Origin: a virus
Lineage: Duplodnaviria; Caudoviricetes
Length of the DNA: 64,000 bases
Reading direction: 5' to 3' (one strand)
IMG/VR virus record: IMGVR_UViG_3300028048_000089
Span: 32,001-96,000 of that record
The notes beneath the pieces were generated by a model that worked only from the letters and a program-made list of their open reading frames with translations, searched no databases and was not told where the DNA came from. The position numbers were made by a program, and so were the translations under genes. This document shows, in pieces, positions 60,746 through 64,000 of the stretch (the stretch's first letter is position 1; each line of letters starts with the position of its first letter).

Positions 60746-60747
60746 AA

Positions 60748-61101
60748 TTAATCAATGTCATCATATTCAGCATTTTTTCTTGCTTGATATTCTGCTTCTT
60801 CTCTATCTAGTTCAATGTCTTCTTCAACTTTTTCTTTGAATTCTTCAAATGCATCTTCTTTACATTTATCTTTAAACCATTCTTCCATATCAGATTCAAC
60901 AGCATCAAAAACACCAAATTCAACAAGAGTATTCCAGATGTCATTGTCTTTGCCATCAATGTTAATCATTTGTCTATCAAACCATTCTCTAACACCTTCA
61001 ATGAATGTATCAAATGGAATTTCATAGAAGTAACTATCTTTATGGCCTTTGTATTCAAATTCTGGATAGTAAACTTCGTATCTTGTTTTGTCATCTTTCA
61101 T
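60748..61101 (-). CDS. acidic hypothetical protein
   Basis: ORF coupled to the upstream gene. Confidence 0.6.
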   Translation of the reverse strand: MKDDKTRYEVYYPEFEYKGHKDSYFYEIPFDTFIEGVREWFDRQMINIDGKDNDIWNTLVEFGVFDAVESDMEEWFKDKCKEDAFEEFKEKVEEDIELDREEAEYQARKNAEYDDID

Positions 61102-62675
61102 TATTCTTCACCTTCTTCTTCAGATTCTTCTGCTTCTTCTTCAATTAATTCTTTAATATAATCTATTGCATCATCATAAGAATCAAATTTGTGAGTATCT
61201 AAGACATTTTGAACCATATCAACATCTTGACCTAATTCATTAGCAATGCTTTCTGCCCAATCACTTGAATCTTCTTCATATGGGTCACCATATTCTTCAG
61301 TTAAGTCTTCAGCATATTGCTCTAACCATCTATATAAGTTACCATCAAGTTCATCATAAGCAGCTTTATTTAAGCCATCAATATACACATAACCATTAAC
61401 TTCAACACTTGCATTATAACAACCAGCATTTTCACACCAAGATTCAACTTCCCATTGAATGTCTCTTTCACTAATATTACCTTTTTCTAAGTGTGCATCT
61501 AATTCACTAGGAATATCAGCATCAGTTTCATATGTAGGAACAAGACCTTCATCATCTAACCATCTTTCAACATCTCTATAATCAATATCTAACATATCAG
61601 AGGTTTCTTTTGCTAATAATGTTGGATTTGCTTTAATAGTATCAACAGCAAACTTCTTCATATCTTCAACCCAACGGTCATAGTAATTACCATCATAATT
61701 ATTTTCAGCTGAGATAAGAACAGCATCCCAGAATGGTGTTTCATCATCAATTTCAACATTCATAAGGAACTTCGCAGCTGGACCTGCAGTTTCAATACCA
61801 TAGTCTTCAAACCATCTATCACCATCATTGAACCATCTATATTCAATTTTATTAACTGCTCTGAGGATTTCACCTGCAAGAGTATCACATTTACCACTAT
61901 CTGGAACTAACACATCAAATAAATGTTCAAATGACCAATCATCACCAATTGTTTTAACAATTTCATCAGCTTTTGCTTTAAGTTCATTTTCTTTAGCAAT
62001 TTTGGCATCTCTTTCTGCTCTTTGTTGTGCAACTTTATCTCTTCTTGCTTTCATTCTTGCTTCAAAGTCAGCTCTTTCTCTTTCTTCTTCAGCATCTAAT
62101 TCATCATCACTCATGATACCATCATCATCAGGTGCTTCAGTTAAAGTTTCTTTGTCTTCATTTAAAGAATCATTTAATAAATGGTCTTGTGCTTGAGTAG
62201 AAAGAGATTTACACATTTTTTCTTTATCTTCTTTAGACATTTTAGCAACTCTTTCTTTTGCTTCTTTTTCATCTGCACATGTACCAAAAGCAACTAATTT
62301 ATCAACTAAATCTTTATCACTACAAGATTCTTTTAAGTCTTCATCTAAAAATAAGAAGTTCTTAACAATCTCACCATTCTTTTTACAAATACAATAACCT
62401 ACTGAGTTAATATCATAAGTAAAATCTACTAAATCTTCTACATCATCAAAATCAGCTTCAAATGGACCTTTAACAATGCCATAAGAGCCTTCAACACCCT
62501 TCTTGACATAATCATTTACAAATACTTCAGCTTCTTCTAAAGATTCAGTAGCAAATTGGTCATCATCATAAAAAGAAAGTTTGCCACCATAGACATTATC
62601 ATATTTATATGCATCATATTCTTTATCATCAGGATTTAATAAAATACCTGTTTCAACTTCATAATACTTTTTCAT
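61101..62675 (-). CDS. acidic multi-module protein with L-x-E linkers
   Basis: EDLKE, DSLNE, TLTE; module LVPDSGKCDTLAGEILRA..I.YRWFNDG. Confidence 0.55.
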   Translation of the reverse strand: MKKYYEVETGILLNPDDKEYDAYKYDNVYGGKLSFYDDDQFATESLEEAEVFVNDYVKKGVEGSYGIVKGPFEADFDDVEDLVDFTYDINSVGYCICKKNGEIVKNFLFLDEDLKESCSDKDLVDKLVAFGTCADEKEAKERVAKMSKEDKEKMCKSLSTQAQDHLLNDSLNEDKETLTEAPDDDGIMSDDELDAEEERERADFEARMKARRDKVAQQRAERDAKIAKENELKAKADEIVKTIGDDWSFEHLFDVLVPDSGKCDTLAGEILRAVNKIEYRWFNDGDRWFEDYGIETAGPAAKFLMNVEIDDETPFWDAVLISAENNYDGNYYDRWVEDMKKFAVDTIKANPTLLAKETSDMLDIDYRDVERWLDDEGLVPTYETDADIPSELDAHLEKGNISERDIQWEVESWCENAGCYNASVEVNGYVYIDGLNKAAYDELDGNLYRWLEQYAEDLTEEYGDPYEEDSSDWAESIANELGQDVDMVQNVLDTHKFDSYDDAIDYIKELIEEEAEESEEEGEE

Positions 62676-62700
62676 AGTAAAATCTCCTATTAAGTCAATA

Positions 62701-62709
62701 AATTTAGCA
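62701..62709 (-). promoter_or_regulatory. putative late promoter motif
   Basis: TGCTAAATTTATTGA. Confidence 0.7.
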
Positions 62710-62856
62710 ATAAAAATTATCTTTATGCTTTATTTTTCTGCTATATTTTGTTTTATCTCTAAAGATATTTGCTCTTGTAGTCTTTTGCACATTAAAATGT
62801 AACTCATTTCTAAGTTTAGTTTGGTCTACCTTAATGTGAATAGTTTCTTTTTTCAT
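62704..62856 (-). CDS. small basic protein (probable start MKKETIH)
   Basis: FRDKTKYSRKIKHK basic tail. Confidence 0.5.
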   Translation of the reverse strand: MKKETIHIKVDQTKLRNELHFNVQKTTRANIFRDKTKYSRKIKHKDNFYC

Positions 62857-62985
62857 AAGCAATATTATTATAAATATAAAATTAATTATTGTCAACTAAC
62901 AATTTATTTTTAAGCATTAGTAGTTACTTTTTGAGATAGGTTCTCATAAATGATATATAAGCACATAAAAAAGAAGCATTAGTCT

Positions 62986-63783
62986 TTATAGACCATACTT
63001 CTTCTTAAATTCATCATATTCTTCTCTTGTACACCAACCATGCCACAATGCTTTCTCATACCAATCATTTTTTCGTAAAACTTCTTTTGTAATTGGTGTA
63101 AATATATTTATTGAGTAATTACCTTTTTTAAATTCTTCTATGTATCTATTACTTCTCTTTAGCATCATATCCCAATTTCTTATTTCATCATTAGCCCAGG
63201 TACTTGGAGCTGATTCATTAGGATTATTAAATTGTATATGCTTAACATTGGTTATATGAAATTCTAATTCTGGATATTTATAGTGTAATAAGCAAGACCA
63301 TATTAAATCTTCAAACCCCTCATTTTTTTGAGGGTCAATATCAACCATTGGTTCTTTCTCATAAATATATCTAGAAATCGCACATAAATTTAATTGAGCA
63401 TTTTCATATTGAATAAAACAAAACCCATTTGGATGATTATCCATTTCATCTAGATAATTTGTTGTTGCTTCAACTGTTGATTCAATTATACAATCATCAT
63501 CACACATGATTAAATAATCGTAATTTGATTCTAAAAATTTTTCTCTTAATGTTTTTCTTGCTTTGAGAATACCTAACTTTGAATAGTAAAAAACATTTGC
63601 ATTTATTGAATCAGGCAATTTATAATCTTTCCAGTTTTGGGCAATAATTATAATTGGAATACCTTTAAAGTAGATGTCTAATTGCTTAAACAGTCTTTCT
63701 AGTCTATCTATTCTTTGAGTTCTTGCTTCTTCATTATCTGGTAACCAAGAAACTATTCCAATTACTTTATTTAATTTATTCAT
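62986..63783 (-). CDS. glycosyltransferase (GT-A / family 2-like)
   Basis: GILKAR...YDYLIMCDDD (DxD), GFED. Confidence 0.65.
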   Translation of the reverse strand: MNKLNKVIGIVSWLPDNEEARTQRIDRLERLFKQLDIYFKGIPIIIIAQNWKDYKLPDSINANVFYYSKLGILKARKTLREKFLESNYDYLIMCDDDCIIESTVEATTNYLDEMDNHPNGFCFIQYENAQLNLCAISRYIYEKEPMVDIDPQKNEGFEDLIWSCLLHYKYPELEFHITNVKHIQFNNPNESAPSTWANDEIRNWDMMLKRSNRYIEEFKKGNYSINIFTPITKEVLRKNDWYEKALWHGWCTREEYDEFKKKYGL

Positions 63784-64000
63784 TATTTGTTTCCTCTTTA
63801 ATTTGAAATAATTTACAAATTTCTCTTTTAAATTTACTTTTATTTTCCTCTATATTATCTTCATCAAGTTTTTCAAGCATTATAGCTTTAAGTTTATACT
63901 TATCAATATAGTAATTAAATTCATCTGAATATTCATTTAAATAGTGCTTAGTATTATCTTTAGGTTGAATTGTTTGAACAAATATTACTCTATTTAATAT
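63776..64000 (-). CDS. 3' end of a hypothetical gene entering from the window edge
   Basis: open frame from 64000 to TAA at 63776-63778. Confidence 0.6.
   Translation of the reverse strand: MLNRVIFVQTIQPKDNTKHYLNEYSDEFNYYIDKYKLKAIMLEKLDEDNIEENKSKFKREICKLFQIKEETNNE

Noticed and set aside
10682-62196. All plus-strand ORFs in the track (e.g. 10682, 14193, 30221, 34421, 55631, 61828)
   Set aside because: Short antisense shadows of long minus-strand genes, with no RBS or recognisable motifs
1-64000. CRISPR array, integrase, DGR/reverse transcriptase, capsid/portal/terminase genes
   Set aside because: No regularly spaced repeats or matching protein motifs seen; repeats in 48798-55600 are coding-module duplications

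Overview
64 kb of an AT-rich, large contractile-tailed (myovirus-type, T4/jumbo-like gene order) bacteriophage genome. All credible genes lie on the minus strand and use the standard bacterial code. GGAG/AGGAGG ribosome-binding sites suggest a Bacillota-type host (inference). Read in transcription order (right to left) the window holds: (1) a glycosyltransferase; (2) a block of about 20 kb of very acidic, multi-module proteins (up to ~2600 aa) with several ADP-ribosyltransferase-like modules, a Pol-beta nucleotidyltransferase and DNA-mimic-like modules, nearly all separated by an (E)S-L-x-E / L-x-E linker that matches T4-type prohead-protease cleavage sites; (3) a ~2.1-kb ORF-free, highly base-paired RNA locus (a ~540-nt ROOL-like RNA, a ~1.07-kb structured RNA carrying an anti-Shine-Dalgarno sequence, a 119-nt tRNA/tmRNA-like module and an initiator tRNA-fMet); (4) neck, tail sheath/tube, GIY-YIG nuclease, tail chaperones with a probable frameshift, tape measure, baseplate and fibre genes; (5) SNF2 helicase, class III RNR (nrdD/nrdG), a sigma-like protein and an initiator/loader/DnaB/DnaG replication module. 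A 13-copy motif TGCTAAATTwwnTGA marks putative late promoters. No capsid, portal, terminase or prohead protease gene is visible in this window. All functional calls come from motif recognition by eye, not from database searches.
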